Shown here piece after piece: positions 36,465 to 49,169 of a DNA stretch of 64,000 nucleotides. Source of the stretch: Takakia lepidozioides (lineage: Eukaryota; Plantae; Bryophyta). The position numbers and the translations under genes are program-made. The notes beneath the pieces were generated by a model, which had not been told where the DNA came from, ran no database searches, and saw only the letters and a program-made list of their open reading frames with translations. The DNA lies in assembly GCA_030704615.1 (NCBI GenBank), contig CM060733.1, positions 59,396,001 through 59,460,000 of the forward strand. Reading direction: 5' to 3'. Numbering within the stretch: the stretch's first letter is position 1; every line of letters begins with the position of its first letter.

Positions 36465-39400
36465 CAGTGGTCTGCTGTCTTTTGCTGCTCCAGCTCACAG
36501 CACCTCCACTCATTACAAAGCAGTAGGCAGATATGGATCTCCTCTCATCTGTGTCTCCTGCCCAATCTGCATCACTGTATCCTTCTAGTGATGCTCCAGT
36601 GTCCTGCTTGTTGTAAGTTAGACATGTATCCGCAGTCCCTTTCAAATATCTAATCACCCTCTTGAGTGCTTTCCAATGCTGAGGTCCTGGATTGTGCATG
36701 AACTTACTAAGCATTCCCACTGCATAGGCAATGTCTGGCCTGGTGCCAATCATTGCATACATCAGAGATCCCATGGCTTGCTGATATGGAACCTTAGCCA
36801 TTTCCTCAATCTCACTTGGAGATTTTGGCTCCATTTCCTTACTCAGCTTGCAGCCGGTTTCCAATGGTGTTGGTGCTGGTTTGCAGTCCTGCATACCAAA
36901 CTTCGCAACAACATTCCTGACATACCTCTCTTGGCTCAACTTTATAGTTCTCGCCTTCATGTCCCTCAGAATCTGAATTCCAAGTAGGTAGTTCACGGCT
37001 CCAAGATCAACCATCTCAAAGGTTTCACTCAAATCATGCTTCTGCCTGCGCATGGTATCCTTGTTGTCGCTGATCAGTAGCAGGTCATCCACATAGAGTG
37101 CTATTATCATGACACCTGATGTCATGTAGTAAATGCTCTGATCAGCTGTACTCCTTACAAAACCTTGGCCTGTCAAGTAGCTATTGATCTTCTCATACCA
37201 TGTCCTCGATGCCTGTTTGAGTCCATATAACGATTTCTTGAGCCGACACACCTTATCACCTTCTTGGAAGCCTTCTGGTTGTTTCATGTAGATCTCCTCC
37301 TGGAGATCCCCATTCAAGAATGCAGTCTTCACGTCCATGTGTTCTATCTCCCAGTCATGCTTCGCTGCCAATGCCAGTAAACATCGAATGGAGGTGAACT
37401 TTGCCACCGGGGCAAAAGTTTCATTGTAGTCAAGCCCTGCAGTCTGTGTGAAACCTTTGGCCACAAGTCTGGCCTTGTACTTCACTATCTCATTGTTGGG
37501 TCCTCTTTTCACTTTGAAAACCCACTTGCAATCTACCGCCTTTCTACCACCAGGCAGTGTTACCAGCTCCCAAGTCTGGTTTTTTTTCAGAGATTTCATC
37601 TCCTCTAGTACAGCTCCCTCCCACTCATTGGCATCATCCCTTGCCAAAGCGTCATTGAGGGTGGCTGGCTCCTCTGCATCATCAAGGGCATGGAAACAAC
37701 TTTCCATCTGCCCTATGTCATCCATAGTCAGACCAGTCAGTCCTTCTGCCACATTAGCTCCAAACCTTTCTGGGGGTTGCTGATCCTTCCTGACCTTCTA
37801 GGCCCCCCATCCTTGTCAAAAGGATCCCGATCTTCAGAATCTTCATCCTCTTCTGGTTTCTTCGCCACCTTCTCCCTTCGAGTGTAAACCTTTACTACTG
37901 GTTGTTCCCCTTTTTTTTCTCCCACATCAGGGATTATCACAGGAACGGACAGGTCCTTGGGCTTTGTCTCCTTCCCAAAACTATCCTCATCAAACAGGAC
38001 ATCTCTACTCCTGATTGACCTCTTGGTTCTAGGATTGTAGACCTTGTACCCCTTGCATCCCAGATCATACCCAATGAAGATACATCTTTCTGACTTGGCA
38101 TCCAACTTGCTCCTTTGCTCGTCAGGTATCAATGCATAAGCAGCACAACCAAAAACTCTTAGATGCTTCAGGTTTGGCTTCTTCCCACTCCACGCCTCCT
38201 CTGGAGTCATGTCTTTCAAAGCTCGCGTGGGACTCAAATTTTTCAGATAGGTGGCAGTGCTGATCGCCTCTCCCCAAAACTCTGGTCCAAGGCCTGAGGT
38301 CTGTAGCATACATCTAGCCTTCTCAACCAGTGTTCTGTTTAATCTCTCTGCCACTCCATTCTGGGCTGGACTGTCCCTCGCTGTTACTTGGCTCTTTATG
38401 CCTTTCTCAGCAAGATAGTTTTTGAATTCCTGATTTAGGAATTCCCCCCCACCATCGCTCCTCAGAACCTTGACTTTGAGGTCCAGCTGGTTTTCTACTT
38501 CATGCACAAATTGCCTGCAGACCTGCAGCACTTGACCTTTCTCTCTCAAGGGATATAAGAAAGTCTTTCTACTCATGTCATCAGTGAAGGTGACAAAGTA
38601 CCTAGATCCTCCCAGTGATGTTGTCTTCATGGGGCCACACACATCTGTGTGTATCAACTCCAGCCTCTCCTTGGCTCTTGTGGCAGATTGCTTGGGCATT
38701 GATGACTTGTGATGTTTCCCTTTAGCACATCCTTCACAGAATTGTAGCTCATGTGACCAGTCCACATTCAATCCCAACGCCAACTTTTGAAGATCCTTGA
38801 TCGCTTGTGTCCCCAAGTGACCCAACCTTCTATGCCACAATGGTGCAGTGTTCATTGTGTCCCCAACATTGGCCTCCTCCTGAGTTCCAGATGTACTCAA
38901 AAGCTTGTAGAGTCTCTGCTCCTTCACTCCATAGCAGAGTTCCTCGTTGCCCTTCTGGATGCTGCAAGCATTGTTTCTGAAAATGACATCATACCCAAGC
39001 TCATCCAAGGTACTAACAGAGATCAGATTCTTTGCCAAGTCTGGCACATATAGGACTTTCTGAAGGGTACAACGGGTAACCTTACTCTCTTTTCTGATAA
39101 AGTTGACAGGGATTTCTCCCATCATCGTACTTACAGAAAACATCTTGTTGCCCATCTTTACGCTCCTAGGCTGAATGGGTTTCAAGTTGTGAAACAACTC
39201 CTTCCTCCCACACATGTGGTTAGTAGCTCCAGAGTCCAAATACCACTCATCTCCACAGTGTTCTCCTTCAGTAGTCAGCAGGTAGTCTCCATCACGACTG
39301 TAAGCTGCATCTGCCATAAACAGGTGAACTTCACTGTAGTTGCCCATGTCAGCGACATGTGCATGTACAGACTTCCCTTTCCTTGGTCTCTACTTGTCCT

Positions 39401-40490
39401 TCTTGGGCTTGTCAATCTTCACCTTGCAGTCCTTCTGGAAATGCCCAAATTTGCCGCATCGGAAACATGCTCCATCTTTCTTGATGGAAGTAGCCGTCAG
39501 GGCATTGTCCATACTTGAGCTACCCCTAGTCAGCTTGCTTTCTTCCATGATGAGTTGTGAAGTGACATACTTCCAACTCAGTCTACTCTTACCATGAGTA
39601 GCCAATGCAGTTTCCACCATGTTATAACTCTTTGGCAAGGTGCCAAACAAGGTCATGATCTGAAGTGATTCAGTCATGGGTTCTCCCGCATCAATTATCT
39701 CCAGACACATGGCTTTAACAGTGGCAATGTGAATGGCTACACTCTCACCTTCTCTCATTCTCAAGTCCATGAGCTGTTTCCATAGGACATATGCTTTCCC
39801 CATCGCATCTGCCTCATACACCTCACTTAAGGTCTGCCAGACCTCATGAGCAGTTGTAAGATTCCTTACCAAAACTACCAGCTTTGATCTCATGTTTGTG
39901 ACTAGATCTGCCATTGCAAGCTCATTCTTTTGGATCCATCTCTCCTCCTTCAGGTTATCCTCTGAAGGCTTTTTAGCCACTATTGACCATAGGCTCTTTG
40001 AAGAGAGCAGGAGCTGCATCGTGTAGATCCAACTCTTATAGTTGTTGCCATCCAGTGGCTCAACTGTCCAAGTAGTTGTAACGTCTTGTGGGCCCATAAC
40101 CTGTTGGAAACTAGACCTGTCCTCTACCTCCTAGTGCTATTGATAGATAGCTTCTAGCACAAGCAGCAGTACAAAAACTGACAGCCTAAACCAACCAAAG
40201 AGTTAGTACTAACAAGAAGTGTCAGTCCTAACAAGAATGCTCCTTACTGCAAAAGAAAGAACTTACAAAAGTAGATGCTGGACTTCTCCTCCTCCTCTCT
40301 CTACAATCTACTGGGATAGCACATCCAAAATGCTAGAAGAAGTGTTGGGCATTGCCTCAGCCTTTCTCTTAAATCCTACATGAGTTCTCTAGAAACTTCT
40401 GGTGGCTGGAACCTTCTGGTAGAACTATCCCTAGCCGTCAAAAAACCCTAACAGAACCCTAGCTAACTAAATCTGAGCTGACTTCTAACA
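36465..40490 (-). mobile_element. Ty1/copia retrotransposon (5' LTR 40102-40490, gag-PR-IN-RT, truncated in RNase H; one stop and one frameshift)
   Basis: LTR TGTTAG...CCAACA and half-tRNA-iMet-type PBS GGTTATGGGCCCA. Motifs: zinc knuckle CFRCGKFGHFQKDC, WYLDSGATNHM, WHRRLGH, LIHTDVCGP, QNGVAERLNRTL, YKARLVAKGF, LYVDD, YSDADWAG. Confidence 0.95.
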
Positions 40491-41219
40491 ACAGATTCAA
40501 CCCACTGCAATGTGGAACTTGCTCGGGAGAAGCTTGAATTCGTGGAATAGCAATTTGGACGTTTGGACGTTTGTACCATCAGGATGTAGGAAGAGCCTAG
40601 ACGCTTCAGCATTCATGTAAATATTGGAGCCGTTCGTTTTCCTGCCCAAAGGCTGGCGCGTTTGTACCATATTGGAGCTCCGCGTGGTTCTGTAGCGCAG
40701 CTACTGTTGTTGCATTGTGATCAAAACCCTGTGTAGAACTGATGCGAGCTGTTCTGATGTGGCTGTCTAGGTTAAAAGAAACTATGAGAAACAAGTATGC
40801 AGTTGAGTCCGGCAGAAGTGCCGGGCACATGAGCCAAATCGGCCCCCAAAAGAGCCGCCCACGCTGCGCGCGGGGCAGCCAAGGACGTGGGGCCTCGCAA
40901 GGGCAGGGGAGCCGCTTGGGAAGGATGCGCCCCCACGGAAGCACCTGCGGTAACTAATGGCACATTAAACCCTGGTAAAATAAATAATTATTACCAACTT
41001 TTTACTGTGGTTGCAGTTTAGGGTCATATGGCTAGAAAGGGTTTTCATTACACTAAAAAAGAGGAGAAGCTTGGATCAATTTTTGGAGGTGCTTGTTACA
41101 TACAAGTGTGAGGTTGCAATTAAGAGGAAGTGCTCAAGATGGGTGCTCAAGATGGGTGATGAGAATTTGCCAAGCTCATTTTTGCAAATGCTCAATGAAG
41201 ATTCTCATCCTCCCTATGC

Positions 41220-41890
41220 TCTTGCCATTGCCATTTTTCCTCATGATGTCGGAATCCAATGAGACAAATTGGTATGGGTAGGTAGCTTGATAATGAATAC
41301 TTTGTGATTGAAAGAAGTACAAAAAAAATTTGTATGCCAAAATGGGAGCACCTGGTATGGGGCTGTGCATTTTGTTAAAGCACTATGTTGGCCACTTCCA
41401 TGTTCATTGCAAGGGAGACCGCCATTTTCCCTCAGGATGTCGGAATCCAATGAGACAAGTTGGTAAGGGTATAATGAACACTCTCTAATTGAAATAAGTA
41501 AAAAAACATTTTGTGTGCTAAATTGTCAAAGCACTGTGTTGGCAACTTTCATGTTAATTGCAAGGGTGGGCGCCATTTCCGCTCACGATGTCGGAAATGA
41601 ATGAGGGCAGTTGGTATGGGTAGCTAGCTAGATAATAAACACTCTCTGCTTAAAAGAATTACAAAATATTTTTTTCTGGTGAAATGGGAGCACCTGGTAT
41701 GGGGCTGGCCATTTTTAACAACCTCTATGCTAACCACTTGTGTGTTCATTGGAAAAATAGGTGCCAATCGTCGGAATTGAATGAAGGCAGTTGGTATGCG
41801 CTTGATCATGAACACTCTCTACTTGAAAGAATTATAAAATATTTTTTTGTGGTGAAATGGGAGCACCTGGTATGGGGCTGGCCATTTTGA
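41220..41890. repeat. Imperfect tandem repeats, ~170-200-bp units
   Basis: Recurring GATGTCGGAAT..AATGAG...TTGGTATGGGTA and AAATGGGAGCACCTGGTATGGGGCTG. Confidence 0.75.
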
Positions 41891-42359
41891 CCAACCTCGG
41901 AAGTATAAGAGTTGTTTTCCTTTTTTTGGAATGATGGAAACGATGTGGGAGACCCTCGTGGAACAAAAAGAGAACACAAAGTACAACAACAAGTTCAACA
42001 TCCTCCATGTTCACCTACAAATCCTTCTCAAATTAACTTAGCCTCCGATGTAAACCGCCATCCAACCAAAACCCCATATCCTCAAACCCTAGCTTGCTTG
42101 GAGGTAATTCTCAAGCTCTCAATCTTTGGTTGGCTAGTGAAAATAATTGGGCCTTTATTTTTTAGAGGCACTATGGTGGCCACTTCTTAAGCCCACGCTA
42201 GCTTGCTTGGAGGTAATTCTCAAGCTCACCATATTTTATTGACTAAATGGGCCTTTATTCATTAGTAACTCTTATTCCTCCACAGCCGCCCCGGGGGTAG
42301 AATTCCGTGCACGTGTGCCCACCCGCGGGGGCTGCCCCCTTGGAAGCAGGGACGCCGAG

Positions 42360-43531
42360 CCTCGGCACTAAGTCCCAAGCCATTTCAGGATAGTGCCGCG
42401 GGCCCGGGCTCCCCTCCTCATGCCCGGGCTGGGCTGCTGGCTGGCCCCGCTGCCAGGTCAGCTCCTCCTGCGAGACGCTCCCATGCGCTCTTGCTGGCCC
42501 GCGGGCTCCGCTTGATGTCGACGCCCCAACACCAGGCCGATCATATTGGAGCAAGTTATTAGTGCAGGGGGTTACTATTGTCCGGGTCCCAGTTTCCCAT
42601 AAGGAGGCAGTGATGGAAGCCAACGCACTGGCTTGAAGAAGAACCCGTTACCGGTGGATCTATAAGCATTCTATTCTGAAGGACTCATTTTCAAGAGCAT
42701 GAAGTCATTTCTTCGACCGGTTAGTCGAGAACAGATATGTCACCAAGATCTGGAGGAAGACCAGCTTTAGAGAGTTTTACTACTTTTCCGAGTTAGAGAG
42801 TGTGATAAGTCAGACGTGCAGGATGGACGTGAAGCTATCAGCAGCTCCCACTTCAGAACTGTGCACTATGAATCTGGACGTGTCTGTTAGTCCATTGACC
42901 TCATGTTCAAAGATGTCTGGAGTCTGGACTAACATTGACCTCATGTTCAAGCTGATGTCTGGAGTCTGGACTTGGACGAGAAAGGGTGATGGCCCCCGAA
43001 TTCGACATGCACTCTCCAGGAATTAGATCGACACGATCATACCAACCGAGGTCCAACCGTCCCGTCCCGTCCCTTCTACGTCCTCTGTTGACCAATGTTT
43101 TCATCTCATTGATACCTGCAGCGGAGTCGTCGATTACCTTATTTGACAAGCTTGATCCCCCGAGGGCTGACTCCCAAGGCCATGTACAGCTTGAACTTTG
43201 ATGGGTTGCAACTATGAGTGGTTCCAACTGCCTGCACCCTGCTTGCAAGCAGACTTGCTTCACCCCCACAACCCAGTCTAGATGGCAGCTCGGATGGCAG
43301 AAACTACTTATCATTTTTCCTCGCGGGCTCCGCTTAAGCCCAAAGTTGTGATTACGGTATCTCGTTTGACATCTAGATCTAATTACTTCGCGACGTGGCA
43401 AGGAGCTAGCTAGAAGGCACGGCAGGAGGAGCCGACGTGGCCGGGAGCCAGGAACAAGCCAGCCCGGGCATGAGCATGGGAGCCCGGGCCCGCGGCACTA
43501 TCCTGAAATGGCTTGGGACTTAGTGCCGAGG
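42360..43531. repeat. GC-rich long inverted repeat pair (foldback/MITE-like)
   Basis: 42360-42413 is the exact reverse complement of 43478-43531 (54 bp). Imperfect similarity extends ~60 bp inward. Confidence 0.85.
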
Positions 43532-43739
43532 ACCGCCCAGGCTGCAGCCGCTGGCGGGGCCCACCACATCCAGCCGCCGCTTAGGATGCAGCGAACTGCT
43601 CATGTGCCCGGCACGAGACGCGTGGCACGAGGAATGCAGCTCGAGTTCCTATAGCCAGTTGCGGGAGTAGAGATCGGGGCTAGTATGGCCGAGATGCTAG
43701 ATAAAAATTCAAAATACTCGTAAAAGGTGGCCATATAAG

Positions 43740-46700
43740 GTGAAGACCTATAACATTGCATGCACTTGGGTTTTTAGCAGAGACGTGCTCAGAAAAGGCG
43801 GCGCACCTCCCTCAGGAGTCCACTGTGCGTTTAACACTATGATGTTTGGCTATGGCGATTACGTGTGGCCACCTGTGATCGTCATGAGGTCGGATGAACA
43901 CGAAAAGGACCCTGAGAGTGAGTTGCGTGGGTCGTTGAAGATATGGCTGAATGAGATGGAGTTTCCTTATGAAAGCATCAGATTCATGGGAGGACTTGGA
44001 AAGAATGAAAGAGATTTCTTGTACGTTTTTCCACCTACCTCCAGTGGTTATGCGGCAGCCCGATCGATCGGTGGTCGTTTACATACTGTAAAATACGCTG
44101 AAGTGGAGTACATGAATAAAATTGATCCGAAGAGACGTCTTGTGACGGGGTGGACATCGATCTCGGACGTGTTTCTTGCCAATAGACCTGAAAATCAGAC
44201 GAATACGGTTTATCTTCCCCCATTTCCTCTTTGGTCTTATACTCAGCTGAACTTTCGGATATGGCTGTCTCTCTCAGTCTTCGAATGTGGGTTTAGTCTC
44301 TGGTTTGTGTGTTGCTTCTGACTGCCTTTCTGTTGATGTGAATTAAATGGCGTACAGGCAGAATGTCCAAGAGAGGTGGCAGGTTCACAAACTCAAATGC
44401 GAATAGCGGATGCCATACAGACAATTACAGATGCAGAGCTCTCTGCGACAGCTGAGAAAGAGGAAGGCGATTTAGAGCGAGACAGCTTCTTTGTACATGT
44501 GCCAGCTCGGACCCTTTTAAACATCTTGTGCTATATCTGAAAGATTAACTTGTGATTGATTGATTTACTAGTGACCATCCCCTTTCCGTATTTTCTTGGC
44601 TTCCCTGTCACTCCTTGCTTGGTAATCACTCGCGAAGGTTCTGCAATTGCAGCTGCATGAAGAAGACGAATCCCACATCAGTCAGAGAAAGAAGTTTTTA
44701 TGGGAGAGACAAGAAAGGGAGTGGTTGATGCGGGAGCCATGGGCCTTAAGTGGTGCTCAGCTTGGGAAAAGCAGTTTGGAGAGACTCAACTCGCTACGCC
44801 ACAACTGGTGGGTGCAGCATATCTCCGCACTTTGACGCCCAAGTCCTCTCCACTGAATGTATCAACCTAGCTTTTTTCTGTGTCAGATATCAAAGTCAAG
44901 TTCCAACCTCGTGTGCAAATTTCAGACTTGGGTTGCATCCTGCCGGACGTACCCGCCGATATGTAGCGGAGCAGGTGTCGGGCAGCCAGCCGTGCAACCC
45001 TTTCAGACTAACAATGGCATGTCTCCGTAGAATGGAGTCAAATGTCGCCTAGGGAGCTAGGATATGGGCCTGACTGCGTAAATGCCCACTACAAACCATA
45101 CATGGTTGCACAAACTGAGAACTGCTCCTCTGATGGGCCTCGTATGCACTTGAAGTCGTCACAAAGTTTTGCGCAGGAGAGTTATTGCCATCACTCATCA
45201 CCTCATTTCAGGTGTTGTGGTAGAATGTTACAGTTGGTGGAGGTATATCCCTGATAGATGGTCAGAATTGAGCACGTTCAGTTATCAAGTACTGACAGTT
45301 TCTTCAGATTCAGCAAAACAGATATGCCATATATCTGAAAGTTCTTGTAAGATATTTTGAGATAGTGCGCCAAATTGTGATTGTTGGACAGGCCCTTAGC
45401 GGCAGAGAAGAGGGAGGTAGACACAATGAAGGCTGTAGAGAAGAAGAGCAAAGAAGCCGAAACCTTCGAGAAAATCCTAAATGATTTGGAAAAGGAATAT
45501 TTCAAATCGGCTCTGATTTTGAGGGAGAGGCAAAACGAGGAATTCATGGAGGTGAGAGCTATACTTTCTCTGCACATTCTTTCTTCATGTGTCACTGAAC
45601 TTTCAAAGACCTCTAGTTCTAGGTAGTATCTCCTATTCCTCACTTACTTTGCTCAGATATGTTTTGAAGAAAATTTCCGTAGGAAATACTTAAGTGTTTT
45701 TGCCTGAAGAGCGAGGAGCAGAGTGGCCATGGACATGTTCTCTCTCTTGTGTTCCCATGCAGGGCAAAGCTCTGGGGCTCACTAAATTTTTCCACTGCAG
45801 AGGGGTCAACTCTGAGGTTAAGAAAACCATGCTTTGTCGCGTTATTAGACCTGCCTTGGAGTACGGATCTGCTATATGGGTTGATAACTCCAAATAGGCT
45901 AAGTCTCTAGAATCCATTCAAGTGGGGGTGCTTAAGGAGTGTATGTCAGCATGCTCCAAAACAGCCAATGTGGCTGTTCGGGGTGAGTTTGGCATTCCGT
46001 CCTTAAGCTCCCGATGAGATGAATTCAAGGTCAGATGGTGGGGTCAGCTGCAACATATGCCCAACACCAGATATCCTAAATTAATCGACTCTATATCTTG
46101 GAAACAGGACCGCCCTGTCAAACAGGCTAAGTCCTGGCAGAAGAGAGTAGAAGAGATCCTCAAGGACCTGGACCTGGATCCGCAAGTCTTGACCCTGCTG
46201 GATAAATCTGACTTAGAGGCTGTAGTGTCCTCAGCCATGTCTGTTGCCATGAGATTGTCTGATGAAAATGAAGTTAGGCAGAAAACTTCCCTGAACTTGT
46301 TTCCAGTCTGTGACATGGGGAGGACATCTTGGACGACCTCAAGGGTCTACCCACTCTCGGCACTAGACTGAAATTTAAACTCAGGGCAGGAAGCCTACCT
46401 TTGAACAGCAAAGCAGAGAGGAAAGGGAGAGTGCAATTGCCTGTTGTGTGGGCAATCTGAAGACAGTGTTCATTTTCTGATACACTTTCCGGGGTTCTCT
46501 CACCAAAGAGACGCTCTCTTCAAATCTATTAAGGGAATTGTGCCTGTACCCCTGTTTACCAAGATTGAAAGTCTCGAGGCTGAGCCAAAAGCCCAGGCCC
46601 TCCTGAGGCCTAGTTTTTGGGCAAATCACACACAGCAGATTGATGCTTGTGTGAAGGGATTTCTAGAGGATATCTGGAAAACCCGGATTAATTCTTTATA

Positions 46701-48021
46701 TGGAGGTAAGTCTTACTACCAACGTCAGCCCCTGACAGAGGTAGGTTCTGTCCCTTTTGTTCCCGCTCAAACTGGGCGCGGGGTCAATGGCCACAAGGCT
46801 ATGGCAAACAACGTCTTATGAGTACAATCTCTCTTGTGTTCCCATGCGCATGCAAGTGTGCATCGTTGTTGAGATCTCTGGAGCAGAGAATCCAGGGTTA
46901 GGCAGGTTGGCTAAAGTGAGGGAGCTGCAGCCACCCCAAAAGTATTACAACATAAGATTGGGTGCAGCACTGGGACATAACTTTTTTCGTAAATTTCTTT
47001 CCATTGAAAGATTGTTGATCTCTTACAGCATCTGAGGCAGCAGCAAGCCAGCAGAGCTGCATTATTCGATCGCGAGATGACAGCAAGAAAGAAAGTTACG
47101 GAACTTGTTATATCTACTGAGGAAGAAACCATGCGCATTCAGGTTCGAGCTACTCGAGGGGTTGTAATGAAGGTGCAGTCCTCCCTTCCATACAAGATTG
47201 ATGTAAACACCTTCACTTATGTAGTGGTGGACAGTGTCAGACCCCAAGTTATGCATCGCACATACCTGATGGTTGAAATAATTCGTCTGCACAATAGCAA
47301 ACACACTGTTATTGGTTCTATGTTGCTACTTTGGTGCTAACTTGTAATCTGTAGCATGTTTGAGTTTCAGATTTTTCACAAGCATATCACGCAGGCATGC
47401 GAGGCTATGAAAGTATCTACTGTCTTGGACTTCTCAAACTAGTCACATGTCCATCAAAAAAGTTCTGTAAATTCGAGTCAATCTTGTCAAGTCTGAAAAT
47501 CTTGGTACAAAGATGAATTTTGCTGGATTTTCTTCACAATGTTGTACCTTTGGTTGCTCCCTCACAAACAAAGCTACTTTTGAGCATCATGTTAAGCAAA
47601 TATTGAACAGTATCCATGGATGTTTGTGGTGCAATGAACGCAGTCTGAAGAAGACCTGAAGAGGCAGCAGGACGTAGCTCAGGCTATCTGGCGGAGAAAT
47701 CTTGAAGAGGCAAACAACAATCTCAAAAAGAGAGAGGATGCCGAACATGTGCGAAAATATGAATGCAGCATCTGTTTCAATGAGTTGGAGGCACCTGGCA
47801 CCATGCAACCCAACTTGGACGGCAGTTGCACTAATTTGAAACGATTGTTGCCAAGCTGCTCCACAAGTGATCATGAGAAGCCAAGAAAAAGGAGTTGTTT
47901 ATATCCTTGTGGCCATACATGCTTTTGTATGGAATGTTCACTAAGAATCTGGAGGGGGGACAAACGATGTCCTATGTGTAAGAAATGCATGACCCACAAA
48001 CCAATATGCACATATTCATGA
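43740..48021 (+). CDS. Putative multi-exon XS-like / coiled-coil / C3HC4 RING gene (exon structure partly uncertain; may be a pseudogene)
   Basis: First exon DYVWPPVIVM...LYVFPPTSSGYAAARSI (XS-like). A charged coiled-coil exon lies at ~45391-45551. The last exon reads CSIC...PCGHTCFCMECS...CPMCK. Confidence 0.55.
45761..46827 (+). mobile_element. 5'-truncated LINE (ORF2 C-terminus with zinc knuckle) with 20-bp TSD
   Basis: IRPALEYGSAIW, AVRGEFG and C..C...H motifs. TCTCTCTTGTGTTCCCATGC is duplicated at 45741-45760 and 46828-46847. Confidence 0.9.
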
Positions 48022-49169
48022 TGGAGACTAGCCACGTCCTTGACAGATATTATAAATTTATTAGTCAATTCAGGGCTTTACTTCACATTGCTCTTTTTTG
48101 GTGCAGTCTTCTCCAGAGTTCAAATTCTGGCTCTGCTTTTCAGGATTTTCTTGGACCTTGTAATCTTAGATGTATCACCTCAAGTACATTGGACCACTTC
48201 CAACTTCAGATTGGATTCACCCGTGGCTGTGGGTATTTTGAACATTTGATATCATCGTAGTGCAGAGGTACAGTACTACCCATGTTTAGCTGATCACAGG
48301 TCCAGATCAGGTAAAGAGTAGATGACAATTTTGAAGATAGTAATCAATCCATAGCCCATTGAAGTAACTCAAGATAGTTGCTCCCAACAGAAGTCAATAT
48401 GGATTTTGTGTGGTAGTACATATTTTTATTTGGAGAGAGAACTTACGACCAACAACACTGGAACGACTTGTTTTAGATATAGAGCATTTGACAAAAACAT
48501 GTGCATGCTACTGATACTTCTTGTTGGTTGAGAAACGGAGAGAGAGCTGCAGACAGGTAATTGAGCCGCAAGATTCTAACATTGCGGAGGAGGGTCCTTT
48601 GTCCTTTCCTTCATATGCATGTGTTTCCAAGTAAAAATGGACATCCCAATGCAAGAGGATATGAAGACCTTGGGGTTGGCTCGAAAGGGAGCCATTGCAG
48701 TTCCCTGAGCTGATATTCAGAGGTGAGTGTGCAGCAGATCGTCACTGAGGTACAATCTTTGTCCTCTCAACTGGGCCGTTGTTTAAGTACCATGTCCAAG
48801 GATGCCCTGTCTTTGAATTCAATGAATAGAATTTTGTGCTCAGAGGTTCTGCTTGCCAGGCTTGCTCAATACCTGCAGGCCTCCACAGCTCCTTAGCAAC
48901 AAAGATGTTGCTGCCTTGTGGGATTCAAGTTCTTCGGCGAGGATGAGAACCTATTGATGGATGTTAATGGGGAGGAGCATCTTTTTGGACCAGTTGTCCC
49001 AGAGGCCACATCTGTCTTCCAAGGTGCCCAGTTCCTTTTCAAGTTTCGAAAGGTAGCCTGAGAGATCCCGTGCCTTTGAATGCCCCATTGTTACTCTCAA
49101 GCTTGGATAGGCGAGTAATGGTCGTGTTGACTGGTGGTCTTGGCCTTGAGCACTCTCTCAAGAGAAAAT

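Noticed and set aside
39348-39392. Programmed stop readthrough between copia gag and pol
   Set aside because: The TAG lacks the CARYYA context and the element also has a frameshift, so this is more likely decay.
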